From contig JASHTL010000029.1 in NCBI GenBank assembly GCA_030040595.1, positions 1 to 40,907 on the forward strand: a stretch of 40,907 nucleotides of DNA. Direction: 5' to 3'. A program made the position numbers and the translations under genes. The notes under the pieces were generated by a model. It saw only the letters and a list, made by a program, of their open reading frames with translations, was not told the DNA's origin and ran no database searches. Shown in pieces: positions 24,125 through 33,513 of this stretch (position 1 is its first letter; every line of letters starts with the position of its first letter). The stretch is from Candidatus Micrarchaeota archaeon. Its GTDB lineage: Archaea > Micrarchaeota > Micrarchaeia > Micrarchaeales > CABMGC01.

Positions 24125-25021
24125 TCAACCGTTTTCCTTAAGGAGCCTGGATACTCCCTTTTTTACGGTGATGAAGTGATACTTGCCTATCTCTTTAATT
24201 AGTTTAGTTGTGTCGGCTTTTAGGTAATAAATGTAGGACGATACGTATGGGTTTTTCGTGTATATTATCTTCTTTGGCTTCATCAGCCTTGCAAGCGTGA
24301 TGAAACTTGTCGCAATCCCTGTGCCTACATTGTATACTCCGCTGCTCTTCTTGCTTTTCATTAACTTGAACGTTATCTTGATTACGTCATTTATGTGTAC
24401 GAAATCCTTGGCTTGTTTACCGTCTCCGAATAGCGTTATTGTGTCATCTTTCTTTTTTGAAACAGTGAATTGTGTTATTGGAGAGGGCCTTAGTTTCACC
24501 AATTCCCCAGGGCCGTAGACATTGAAGAACCTAAGCCCCACTACACTCAGTTTCGAAGCATCAATATATGACTCTGCTATTGCATCATCTATAAGCTTTG
24601 ATTTTCCATAGTGATTTCTGAGTGCATTGATATCTATCGCTGTATCTTCACTGTATCCGTTAAGATAAACTGCGGAGCTTGATGCATAGACGAATTTTTT
24701 ACACTTGTTCTTCCTAGCAGCTTCTATCACATTCAAGAATCCCATTACGTTTATGCCATAGTCCCTGTACAAGTTATATTGGAAATCAGGAAGAGACGTC
24801 GCTGCGGCAAGATGTATTATGTAGTCGCATCCTCTTGCGGCTTTTTCTACCACTTCCCTGTCTGTTACGCTGCCTTTTATGAACCTAAGATCTTTATCCT
24901 TTATGTCGATAGGCTTTATGTCAAGGCCCACCACACGATAACCGTTTTTAAGCGCGTAGGATACGGCGTGCCTGCCTATGAATCCGGAGCACCCAGTTAC
25001 GAGTATACTTCTTTTATTCAT
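24125..25021 (-). CDS. NAD-dependent nucleotide-sugar epimerase (extended SDR; uronate 4-epimerase-like)
   Basis: ILVTGCSGFIGRH, ASSSAVY, YGKSK (YxxxK), RFFNVYGPGE. Confidence 0.8.
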   Translation of the reverse strand: MNKRSILVTGCSGFIGRHAVSYALKNGYRVVGLDIKPIDIKDKDLRFIKGSVTDREVVEKAARGCDYIIHLAAATSLPDFQYNLYRDYGINVMGFLNVIEAARKNKCKKFVYASSSAVYLNGYSEDTAIDINALRNHYGKSKLIDDAIAESYIDASKLSVVGLRFFNVYGPGELVKLRPSPITQFTVSKKKDDTITLFGDGKQAKDFVHINDVIKITFKLMKSKKSSGVYNVGTGIATSFITLARLMKPKKIIYTKNPYVSSYIYYLKADTTKLIKEIGKYHFITVKKGVSRLLKENG

Positions 25022-25023
25022 AT

Positions 25024-26037
25024 TTATTCACCTTTAAAATCAACTTTTATTGTCTTACCGCTTTTTGAGGAGGCGTAGGCGGCGTATGCAAGCTTGACTG
25101 CCGCCCATCCGTCATATGCGCTCCCCAGCAGAGGTCTCTTTTCCTTTATCGCAGATACAAACTCCTTCCATTCTTCCTTCCATGAAATATCGTCTTCTTT
25201 GAATTCTGTTATCTTTTCTACGAATGGATTTGTCAGGTCCTTTTTACCTGTGATTAGCTTTTCATACCCATAAGACCCCCCAAGGCCCTCAATCTTTGCA
25301 TAGCCATCGTTTCCGAATATTTCAAATGAGAATATGTTCCTCCATTCACTCCAACTAGTGTGTAATTGGCATACATGACCTGCCTTGCCGCGAAAAATTA
25401 CAAAGGCATTGTCTTCAACAGGCTTTATGTCCCATGCAAGCGTGTCCACGTGGCCTATCACTTCGCTTATCTCACCACCAAACCATCTGAATAAGTCAAT
25501 AGCGTGCATGCCCTGATCCATAAGTTCGCCACCGCCAGAAATAGCGTAATTGGTTCTCCAGTCCTTTTCAAAGTCAGGCCTAGAGGTGTTGCCGTATCTT
25601 GCCCGTATGAACATAACCTTGCCAATTTCTCCGCTCTCCACATGCCTTTTGGCCCTAGCTATTGCCGGGTGATGACGAAGATTGAAGCCGCACTTCAGTA
25701 TCGCCTTACTCTTCTTTAGCGCATCTAGTATGGCCGTTGCTTCTTCAGGGTTTCTTGCAAGCGGTTTCTCGCATAGAACGCTCTTCCCAGCTTGTAAAGC
25801 AGCAATAGAGATTGCTGCATGAGTGTCATTGGGGGTGCATACGATCACAGCGTCTATGCCCTTCTTGCCCGTAGCGTCATTCCAATTTGTAGAAGTAGCA
25901 CAGTTATACGTATCACAGAAGGATTTAAGCGCTGCTGCGTTTGTATCCACAGCCATGACTACTTTATCGCCACACTCCAATACGGCCTTGGCTCGCCTGT
26001 GACCTTGTCTTCCTACACCAATTATTGCAATATTCAT
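25024..26037 (-). CDS. Gfo/Idh/MocA-family NAD(P)-dependent oxidoreductase
   Basis: MNIAIIGVGRQGHRRAKA..., VLCEKPLA (EKP motif), and GGGELMDQGMHAIDL. Start trimmed to ATG 26037, which forms an ATGA overlap with the upstream SDR stop. Confidence 0.8.
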   Translation of the reverse strand: MNIAIIGVGRQGHRRAKAVLECGDKVVMAVDTNAAALKSFCDTYNCATSTNWNDATGKKGIDAVIVCTPNDTHAAISIAALQAGKSVLCEKPLARNPEEATAILDALKKSKAILKCGFNLRHHPAIARAKRHVESGEIGKVMFIRARYGNTSRPDFEKDWRTNYAISGGGELMDQGMHAIDLFRWFGGEISEVIGHVDTLAWDIKPVEDNAFVIFRGKAGHVCQLHTSWSEWRNIFSFEIFGNDGYAKIEGLGGSYGYEKLITGKKDLTNPFVEKITEFKEDDISWKEEWKEFVSAIKEKRPLLGSAYDGWAAVKLAYAAYASSKSGKTIKVDFKGE

Positions 26038-26909
26038 TCTTCTACCTTTTTGGTTTCTTTCTTGAGTTTGAGTCTGTCTAGCAGGTCTGGTGATATTCGC
26101 CTCATAGTGTACATCTCGGTTTCCCTTAGCGCATTCTCCCCACTGCCGAAGTTCTTCCAATCGTCATGAACAGCGCTTATTATCTTCCCAGTTATTCCAT
26201 CAGATGCGTTTGATGATAGAAATACAACAAGGCTTGCCGGTACTTCGAGAGGTGTGCCTCCGGATTTGATAACTTTTCCGTACTTTTCACTGTCTTTCTC
26301 ATCTATAACTTTCATAGCTTTGAATATCTCCTCGGTCATTTTTGTGCTGATTCCTCCAGGCGCTATTGCGTTTACGTCTATATTATAAGGTTTGACCTCT
26401 TCAGCGAGTGTTTCTGTAAATCTTATTACTGCAGACTTAGACGATGCGTATGCAGAGAAATTTGGTAGAGGCCTCTCTCCAGAGCCCGCAGTATTTATTA
26501 TCTTGCCGTGTTTCTTAGCCATCAGGATTGGCAATACCATATGTGTACATAGGAACGTGCCTATAACGTTTACTTCCAAGGTCTTTATCCATTCTCTAAC
26601 CTTCACGCTGTTAAGAGGGCCTATTGGGCCTATAATTCCGGCATTGTTGACAAGTATATCGATTGTGCCAAATTTTGAGAGTGTCAGGTCGACCATTTGC
26701 CTGACGTCTGATTCTTTTGAGATGTCGCCGCAGAATATTGCAACCTGCTTGTCCGGGAGGTTTGCCTCTTTGATGACCTCTTCGAGCTCATTCTGGATCT
26801 TTGACATTAGCATAAGCCTTGCGCCTTCATTGGCTAAGGCTAATGCGATTGCCTTTCCGAGCCCTCGGCCGCTTCCTGTGACTATTGCAACTTTGTCTTT
26901 AAGAAGCAT
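26034..26909 (-). CDS. classical short-chain dehydrogenase/reductase with about 40-aa C-terminal extension
   Basis: VAIVTGSGRGLGKAIALALA (TGxxxGxG), NNAG, YASSKSAV (YxxxK). Confidence 0.85.
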   Translation of the reverse strand: MLLKDKVAIVTGSGRGLGKAIALALANEGARLMLMSKIQNELEEVIKEANLPDKQVAIFCGDISKESDVRQMVDLTLSKFGTIDILVNNAGIIGPIGPLNSVKVREWIKTLEVNVIGTFLCTHMVLPILMAKKHGKIINTAGSGERPLPNFSAYASSKSAVIRFTETLAEEVKPYNIDVNAIAPGGISTKMTEEIFKAMKVIDEKDSEKYGKVIKSGGTPLEVPASLVVFLSSNASDGITGKIISAVHDDWKNFGSGENALRETEMYTMRRISPDLLDRLKLKKETKKVEE

Positions 26910-26934
26910 TTATACCATCTTTACTTATCAACAT

Positions 26935-28266
26935 TTAACCTTTTATAGATGTCTTGACGCTTTTGCCGCGACCCACTCCAAAATACGAAAAGCCCAACTC
27001 GTTTATCTTCTTGCCATCCAACATATTCGTGGGGTCTATGATTATAGGTCTTGCCATCTTAGACTTCAGAACTGTGAAGTCCAATTCTCTGAATTCGGGC
27101 CATGAAGTAAGTATGAGCAGTGCATCACAAGAGTCAGCTGCAAGAATGGCGCTTTTGCATCTCTCGAATTTTACATCGACTTCAGATTTCTCGTACTCTG
27201 CTTTGGGGTCATACGCTTTTACCGAAGCCCCTTTCTCGACTAGCTCTTTTATTATCTTGATTGGTACCGAGTGTCTGAGTGTGCTGGTTCCGGGTTTATA
27301 TGTGAGTCCTAGCACACCGAGGCGCACTCCATTGACGCTTCCAAATAGGGTCTCAACGAGTTTTGTAGGCAGGTGGTTCTGGTTGTTATTTACAGTCATT
27401 ATTGCATCGAGAAGTATAGTCCTGACATCGTTCTTTTTACCCAGTTCCTGAAGTACGATAACGTCCCTTGCAATTGTGCCTCCGGAAAAGCCCAGGCCAG
27501 CTTGCAGCCTAGCGTTTTTCCCTATTCTTGGCTCCATGCGTAGTGCTTTAACAACTTCGATTTCATCAACCCCAAGCGCATCGCAGAGGTTTCCCAGCTC
27601 GTTTCCATAGCTAGTCTCCATTGCTAAGAATGCGTTGATTGCGTGCTTGATCATCTCTGCGGTCTTGAGGTTCACATTTACTTTGTTGGACTCAACAAAC
27701 CAGTAGAGTCGTTCTGCTTCTGCCCTCTCCTTCTCGCTGTCTGCACCGATGATAAGTATATCTGGAGACTTGAACCGTGCTATTGCATTGCCAAGTTGAA
27801 GGTTTTCGGGTATGCAGCATATTCCGAACGTTAATGACGGCCTCTCCTTTTTGATCATTGACCGTATACGATCGCATGTGCCGACAGGCACTTGGCTGCT
27901 TACGACTAACAAGCAGTCGTTTTTGAGATACGGGATTGTTTCTCTTATTCTTTGTAAAAGAGGTTCGAGGTTTGGCGATCCATCGTCATTCAGTGGGGTG
28001 TCTAGTGCTATTATAACATATTCTGAGTTGATCAGGCCTGTTTTGAGGTCTGTTGTAAATGAGAGCGTGCCCTTCTTCTCCAGTTCACCTACAAGCTCGG
28101 CCAGGCCAGGCTCATATATTGACGGAATTCCCTTTTTGAGATTCGATATGTTCTTTTTGTCAGGATCTATTCCGGTAACTATATGGCCGAATGACGATAG
28201 GCAGGCCGCAGTAACAGTACCCAAGTGCCAAAGCCCTATTACAGAAACAGTTCTTCCTTTCTCCAT
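26935..28266 (-). CDS. nucleotide-sugar 6-dehydrogenase (UDP-glucose/GDP-mannose dehydrogenase family)
   Basis: VSVIGLWHLGTVTAACL (N-terminal Rossmann), GFSGGTIARDV (catalytic region of the family, with no Cys at the usual position), a central helical domain, and a C-terminal UDP-binding domain LGLTYKPGTS. Confidence 0.85.
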   Translation of the reverse strand: MEKGRTVSVIGLWHLGTVTAACLSSFGHIVTGIDPDKKNISNLKKGIPSIYEPGLAELVGELEKKGTLSFTTDLKTGLINSEYVIIALDTPLNDDGSPNLEPLLQRIRETIPYLKNDCLLVVSSQVPVGTCDRIRSMIKKERPSLTFGICCIPENLQLGNAIARFKSPDILIIGADSEKERAEAERLYWFVESNKVNVNLKTAEMIKHAINAFLAMETSYGNELGNLCDALGVDEIEVVKALRMEPRIGKNARLQAGLGFSGGTIARDVIVLQELGKKNDVRTILLDAIMTVNNNQNHLPTKLVETLFGSVNGVRLGVLGLTYKPGTSTLRHSVPIKIIKELVEKGASVKAYDPKAEYEKSEVDVKFERCKSAILAADSCDALLILTSWPEFRELDFTVLKSKMARPIIIDPTNMLDGKKINELGFSYFGVGRGKSVKTSIKG

Positions 28267-28350
28267 CTAATTTTCACTATTTTGTTTTACAGTACGCGAC
28301 TTAAAAACAATAATGTGCTCTCTGTTTTATTGAATATATAAAGCTTTCTA

Positions 28351-28368
28351 TCACTTTATGTAAAGTGA
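28351..28368. promoter_or_regulatory. perfect palindrome TCACTTTA-TG-TAAAGTGA in the divergent ugd/tal intergenic region
   Basis: 8-bp arms read directly. It lies between the two divergent operons of the sugar locus. Confidence 0.4.
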
Positions 28369-28389
28369 CCAATATGTTTATATACCAAA

Positions 28390-28406
28390 CCTTTAATAGT
28401 TAAAGG
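28390..28406. promoter_or_regulatory. perfect palindrome CCTTTAA-TAG-TTAAAGG between a TATA-like box (TTTATATA 28377-28384) and the tal start
   Basis: 7-bp arms read directly. The position downstream of the TATA is typical for archaeal repressor operators. Confidence 0.4.
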
Positions 28407-28419
28407 TAGGGGGCAGAGC

Positions 28420-29136
28420 ATGGTGAATCCAGGAAGATTCAAAATAAAGCTTTTCGGCGATGGCGCAGATATCAAGACCATGGAGGAACTCTATAAGTCA
28501 GGGGTAGTGAAGGGTTTCACAACAAATCCCACATTGATGAGAAACGCCGGCGTTACCAATTACGAGGCTTTTGCAAGGTCAGTGCTTGAAGTGATTCCTG
28601 ATCTGCCAGTGTCATTCGAGGTTTTCTCGGACAGTATACACGACATGGAAAGGGAGGCACGAAAGATAGCAGGATGGGGTAACAACATTTATGTTAAGAT
28701 ACCTGTGACCAACACGAAGGGTGAGAGCACAGCGCCGCTGATAAAGAAATTGTCGGAGGATGGTATAAAACAGAACATAACTGCCATACTGACACTTAAG
28801 CAGGTCGAGACTGTCGCACATGCGCTATCGCATTCGACCCCCAGCATAGTTTCGGTATTTGCAGGGAGAATTGCTGATACAGGCAGGGACCCACTGGACA
28901 TAATGAAACAGTCGAAGAGGATCCTAGAGCCCAACAAGAACGCAGAACTGCTTTGGGCGAGTTCCAGAGAGTTGCTAAATATAGTGCATGCTGAAAACTG
29001 TGGCTGCCACATAATAACCATCACAAGTGAAATATTAAAGAAGCTTGCCAATCTTGATAAGGATCTTGACGAGCTCTCTCTGGACACGGTAAAGATGTTC
29101 CACAATGATGCTAAATCAGTAGGATACAACATATAA
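28420..29136 (+). CDS. transaldolase / fructose-6-phosphate aldolase family (short type)
   Basis: KLFGDGADIKTMEELYKSGVVKGFTTNPTLM, YVKIPVT (Schiff-base Lys context), VSVFAGRIADTG. Confidence 0.8.
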   Translation: MVNPGRFKIKLFGDGADIKTMEELYKSGVVKGFTTNPTLMRNAGVTNYEAFARSVLEVIPDLPVSFEVFSDSIHDMEREARKIAGWGNNIYVKIPVTNTKGESTAPLIKKLSEDGIKQNITAILTLKQVETVAHALSHSTPSIVSVFAGRIADTGRDPLDIMKQSKRILEPNKNAELLWASSRELLNIVHAENCGCHIITITSEILKKLANLDKDLDELSLDTVKMFHNDAKSVGYNI

Positions 29137-29146
29137 CGATGATATC

Positions 29147-30148
29147 ATGGACCCTATAGACTCTTTTGAAACGATAATTTCCAGGACGCCGTTCAGGATG
29201 CCTTTGGGAGGCGGCGGGACTGACCTTCCATCTTATTACCAGAAATTTGGCGGGTTCTTCATAAGCGGCGCGATAAACAAGTACATGAGCATAGTCATTC
29301 ATCGTAACTTCAGCAGGGGCATGAGGCTTTCCTATTCCAAGACAGAGATGGTTAACAACACAGATGAGATAGAACATCCTATGCTCAGAGAGGCATTGAA
29401 GAAGACGCATGTGGATCACGGCCTGGAGATCCTGTCTTTTGCAGACATCCCATCATCCACAGGCCTTGGGTCAAGCGGGAGTTTTGCCGTTGGGCTCCTT
29501 AAGGGACTTTATACAGTGAAGCGCGAGTATAGGTCTCCTGTGGAACTTGCAGAAGAGGCATGCGACATAGCAATGAACAGGCTCAAGGAGCCTTCTGGGA
29601 AGCAGGACGAGTATGTTGCGAGTCTTGGCGGGATAAAGGCTTATACCATAGACAAATCGGGAAAGGTAACATATGAGGATATCAGTATCTCGTCCAGCAC
29701 TCTTGCGGAGCTGGAGAGCAACATCATGCTCTTTTACACAGGCCTTACAAGGGACTCGAGGGATGTACTGGGAAAGCAGCAGAGCAACATAAAGTCAGGG
29801 TCCTCGGTGGAACAGATGCATAAGATAAAGGAGATCGGGATTAAGAGCAAAGACGCACTTGAAGACGGAGACCTGCACAAATACGGAGAATTGCTCCATG
29901 AGCATTGGATGGTGAAGCGTGGGGTCACAAGCAACATGACCAACGACACTATAGACAGGTACGTTGCCGTTGCGAGGGAGAATGGAGCGCTAGGGGAGAA
30001 ACTTTTGGGTGCAGGCGGAGGGGGATTCCTTATGGTTTATGCGGACGGAAAACATATGCAGATAAGGCATGCAATGGAGAAGCTCGGACTTCCGGAATAT
30101 AGGGTAAGATTCGACTTTGAAGGGAGTAAGGTAGTCTACAATATATAA
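29147..30148 (+). CDS. hddA: GHMP sugar kinase, HddA-like (D-glycero-D-manno-heptose-7-phosphate 1-kinase candidate)
   Basis: SRTPFRMPLGGGGTDLPSYY (N-terminal GGGTD), PSSTGLGSSGSFAVGL (GHMP motif II), LLGAGGGGFLMVY (motif III). The next genes are a paralog and then gmhA. Confidence 0.75.
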   Translation: MDPIDSFETIISRTPFRMPLGGGGTDLPSYYQKFGGFFISGAINKYMSIVIHRNFSRGMRLSYSKTEMVNNTDEIEHPMLREALKKTHVDHGLEILSFADIPSSTGLGSSGSFAVGLLKGLYTVKREYRSPVELAEEACDIAMNRLKEPSGKQDEYVASLGGIKAYTIDKSGKVTYEDISISSSTLAELESNIMLFYTGLTRDSRDVLGKQQSNIKSGSSVEQMHKIKEIGIKSKDALEDGDLHKYGELLHEHWMVKRGVTSNMTNDTIDRYVAVARENGALGEKLLGAGGGGFLMVYADGKHMQIRHAMEKLGLPEYRVRFDFEGSKVVYNI

Positions 30149-30164
30149 TACAGGAAGGAATCGT

Positions 30165-31130
30165 ATGCGAAACGTAATAACGAGGACGCCGCTAAGAATA
30201 ACCTTTACAGGCACAGGTTCCGACGTGCCGAGCTTTTACACGCGTAGTGCTGGCGCCACTGTAAATGCGACTATTGACAAGTACATGTACATTTTTGTGC
30301 ACAAATCATTTGATGAGACCTATAAGATGAGGTATTCGAAAGAGGAAGATGCCAAGAAAGTAGACGACATAGAACACGGCACAGCAAGGGAGGCCCTTAG
30401 GCTGCTTGACATAAAGCCAGGGATAGAGATTGTCAGCCTGAGCGACATACCTACAAAGGGCACTGGCCTTGGATCCAGCAGCGCATATCTGGTAGGGCTG
30501 CTTCATGCGCTCCACGCATGGAAAGGTCAGATGGTCTCAAAAGAGCAGCTTGCAAAGGAAGCCGTTTACATAGAAAAAGACGTCCTGAAGGAGTCAGCAG
30601 GGCTGCAGGATTCCTACGCTGTCGCTTTTGGCGGTCTGAATCTGTACGAGTATATGTCCCAGGAGAGAGTCAAGGTTACCCCAATCATAATGAACCCTGA
30701 CGACCTCAGCGCTATGCAGAGCAATCTAATGCTCCTCTATACAGGAATTCAAAAGAAGTCTAATGCAATCCTTGAGTCTTCAACAAAGACATTCAATTTT
30801 GAAACTGCCGCGGCGGGAAGAAATATGGCTTATAAGTACTATGAAGAGTTGACATCAGGAAACTGGAAGAAGACTGGGCACATGGTAGGCGATGGTTCAT
30901 GGCTGAAGTCAGGAGCAAACCAGAGAAAAGGAAATTCTGAAATAGAAAACATGTGCAAGAAAGTTGTTGCATTAGGAGGAGACGTGAGGAGCATAGGAAG
31001 CGGAAGCAGCGGATTTCTACTTGTCTTTGCCAATGAGCAGAGGCAGGAGAAGATCAAGGAGGAGTTGGAGCTCCCGGAACTCAAGTTCAACTTTGAGTTT
31101 AATGGAAGCTCGATAATACTATTCAATTAG
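30165..31130 (+). CDS. GHMP kinase paralog with degenerate glycine motifs
   Basis: It has the same architecture as the upstream gene, with TRTPLRITFTGTGSDVPSFY, PTKGTGLGSSSAYLVGL (motif II intact) and SIGSGSSGFLLVF (motif III Gly->Ser). Confidence 0.7.
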   Translation: MRNVITRTPLRITFTGTGSDVPSFYTRSAGATVNATIDKYMYIFVHKSFDETYKMRYSKEEDAKKVDDIEHGTAREALRLLDIKPGIEIVSLSDIPTKGTGLGSSSAYLVGLLHALHAWKGQMVSKEQLAKEAVYIEKDVLKESAGLQDSYAVAFGGLNLYEYMSQERVKVTPIIMNPDDLSAMQSNLMLLYTGIQKKSNAILESSTKTFNFETAAAGRNMAYKYYEELTSGNWKKTGHMVGDGSWLKSGANQRKGNSEIENMCKKVVALGGDVRSIGSGSSGFLLVFANEQRQEKIKEELELPELKFNFEFNGSSIILFN

Positions 31131-31140
31131 GCGTGATATT

Positions 31141-31776
31141 ATGGATAAGAAAGGAAATAAGACTTTCTCAGATCAGTATCTCAAGGAAGTCGGAGAGGTT
31201 GCCGGAAAAATAGACATAGAAATGGTGGAAATGTGTGTGGTCTTACTGGATAAAACAAGAGAGCGTGGGGGCAGGCTTTTTGTCCTTGGAGTTGGAGGCA
31301 GTGCTGCAAACGCATCGCATGCAGTCAATGACTTCAGAAAAATAGCGGGGATTGAAGCGTATGCGCCAACAGACAATGTTTCGGAACTAACTGCAAGAAC
31401 CAACGATGACGGCTTTCATACGATATTCGAACCGTGGTTGAAGACAAGTCATCTCAGTGCAAAGGATACAATACTTGTGCTCTCGGTAGGAGGGGGGCAT
31501 GAAGAGAGGCAGATTAGCGTGAATCTTGTGCATGCCTTAAAGTATGCACAAGGCATCAAGGCAAATATAATCGGAATTGTTGGTCGCAGCGATGGCTATA
31601 CCGCAAAGGTTGCAGATGCATGTGTGATCATACCAACAGTCAACTCAGACCATGTAACTGCACACTCTGAGTCTTTCCAGGAGGTCATTTGGCATTTGTT
31701 TGTCTTCCATCCTTCTCTGAAATTAGAACGCGGTAAATGGGAATCTGAGAACAGTGCCTCAGGCGCGAAGAGGTAA
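31141..31776 (+). CDS. gmhA: SIS-domain phosphoheptose isomerase (GmhA-like)
   Basis: GGRLFVLGVGGSAANASHAVNDFRK and ILVLSVGGG ... IIGIVGRSDG match the GmhA/DiaA SIS pattern. About 210 aa. Confidence 0.8.
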   Translation: MDKKGNKTFSDQYLKEVGEVAGKIDIEMVEMCVVLLDKTRERGGRLFVLGVGGSAANASHAVNDFRKIAGIEAYAPTDNVSELTARTNDDGFHTIFEPWLKTSHLSAKDTILVLSVGGGHEERQISVNLVHALKYAQGIKANIIGIVGRSDGYTAKVADACVIIPTVNSDHVTAHSESFQEVIWHLFVFHPSLKLERGKWESENSASGAKR

Positions 31777-31928
31777 TGAACATCCTCTACACAGCTGTAG
31801 ATATCTAAATCTGTGATTAGAATTTCTCTGAAAACCGTTCTGTATTGTGGTTTTGAGCAGATTAAATACAGATAACCGCAATAGTTTTATATTGTGAATA
31901 TCAATGCCACTTGTCAATAGGTAACCGT

Positions 31929-33497
31929 ATGCCGAGACAGCCTAAAAGCACTAAGACTCTAGATATAGGAGTAAAACACGCAGGCCTTGCAACATTCGTA
32001 TTTTTGGGAAAGGTCATTTCAATTCTAGCAGGAGCCCTGATGCTTATAATTGTTGCGCGTATCCTTGGGCCCACCCAATACGGCATATATGTAGTTGCGC
32101 TGGCCGTGGCTAGTTTCATAAGCGCATTTGGCAGTATAAATGCCGGCGTATATTTCAACAAGAAGTTACCCCAGCTTAGTTCTGAGAAGAACATGTCTGC
32201 GGCAGGTACATTTATAGGGGATTCGCTATTATTTTTCATTATTGTTTCCCTAATTCTTACAATTGTTGGGGCTCTTTTGAGCACATCAATTTCGTTGGTG
32301 TTATTCAGTTCGCCATCCTATTCGTTCTATATACTGCTTGCAGTAACAAGCATATTCTGGACAATCGCATACGGCGTATATAGCACCGCGTTGGTTGGGG
32401 TAGGCACTGGAACCGAAGTTGCGGTCTCTACGATGCTGTACCTTGTATTGCAGGCCATAACAAGCATCACGCTTGTCTTGCTCGGGTTTGGCGTTACAGG
32501 TGCAATAATCGGATACCTTACGGGCTTTGCTGTTGCAACTGTTGTTTCTCTATACTACTTGAACAGGCATGTGCCGATACACTTTTCACTGCGCGGTATA
32601 CGACAAAGGCTTCATGAAATTCTCTCGTTCTCCGTGCCGCTTACCATATCTGGCATCGTAGTAGGGCTTTCAAACAACTTTGCAGTCATACTCATGGGGT
32701 TATTGTTGATTCCTGCGGGATTGATAGGGCAATACGGGGTTGCATTGAAAGTTGGCACAGTTATAGACACCGCAACAGGCGCCATTAGCGTGGTCCTTGT
32801 GCCTCTCTTCGCAACCGCAATATACAGTAAACAGACTATCTCAAAGATCGGCAATTTGTATAGAGCATCTCTCTTTTACGGCCTGCTTTTTGCCGCGCCG
32901 ATGGTGGTCTTTGCTTCGGTGCTCTCCAAGAACATAATAGTCACGGTCTTTACCGCCTCATACAGCAGCGCCGTGCTTTATATGCCTATAATCAGCATCG
33001 GTCTGCTTATAAGCCTTGTAGGTGGATACGCAAGTTATGTACTGATAAGCTTTGGAAAAGTCAGGAAGGTGATGAAGTATTCGGTGTATGTCACCATAGT
33101 GCAATTCGCGGCCATGGTGTTGTTAGGCCTGGAATTTCGAGTGATAGGCATAATCGTAGGTTATCTCTACATAGGCAGCATAATCTCGGCATATCTTTAC
33201 ATTCATGAACTGCATGTGTCAGGAGTGCGTTTCCAGCCGGGGCCGATATTGCGCGTAGTTATGTCGAACTTTATTCTGGCGATAGCCTTCCTTCCGCTTC
33301 TGCTTCTTACAATAAGGCCCCTCTATGTCCTTATCATAGGGGTCGTAGAGGCATTGATTGTCTACCCGTTCTTGCTTGCAAAGACTAGGACAGTATCAAA
33401 GGATGACATTATGGTCCTTTCTAAGGTCAGCAAACAGGTGCCCGTGCTAGGGAGCACGCTGGGTGCGCTAGTTTCTTATACGGCGTTCTTCATATAG
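31929..33497 (+). CDS. Wzx-like polysaccharide/oligosaccharide flippase (MOP superfamily)
   Basis: About 14 hydrophobic segments with a basic N-terminus, typical of 'polysaccharide biosynthesis protein' organisation. ATG 31929 is preferred over TTG 31911. A TATA-like TTTTATATT lies at about 31885. Confidence 0.7.
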   Translation: MPRQPKSTKTLDIGVKHAGLATFVFLGKVISILAGALMLIIVARILGPTQYGIYVVALAVASFISAFGSINAGVYFNKKLPQLSSEKNMSAAGTFIGDSLLFFIIVSLILTIVGALLSTSISLVLFSSPSYSFYILLAVTSIFWTIAYGVYSTALVGVGTGTEVAVSTMLYLVLQAITSITLVLLGFGVTGAIIGYLTGFAVATVVSLYYLNRHVPIHFSLRGIRQRLHEILSFSVPLTISGIVVGLSNNFAVILMGLLLIPAGLIGQYGVALKVGTVIDTATGAISVVLVPLFATAIYSKQTISKIGNLYRASLFYGLLFAAPMVVFASVLSKNIIVTVFTASYSSAVLYMPIISIGLLISLVGGYASYVLISFGKVRKVMKYSVYVTIVQFAAMVLLGLEFRVIGIIVGYLYIGSIISAYLYIHELHVSGVRFQPGPILRVVMSNFILAIAFLPLLLLTIRPLYVLIIGVVEALIVYPFLLAKTRTVSKDDIMVLSKVSKQVPVLGSTLGALVSYTAFFI

Positions 33498-33513
33498 TTA
33501 TATTGGCTAGTAC

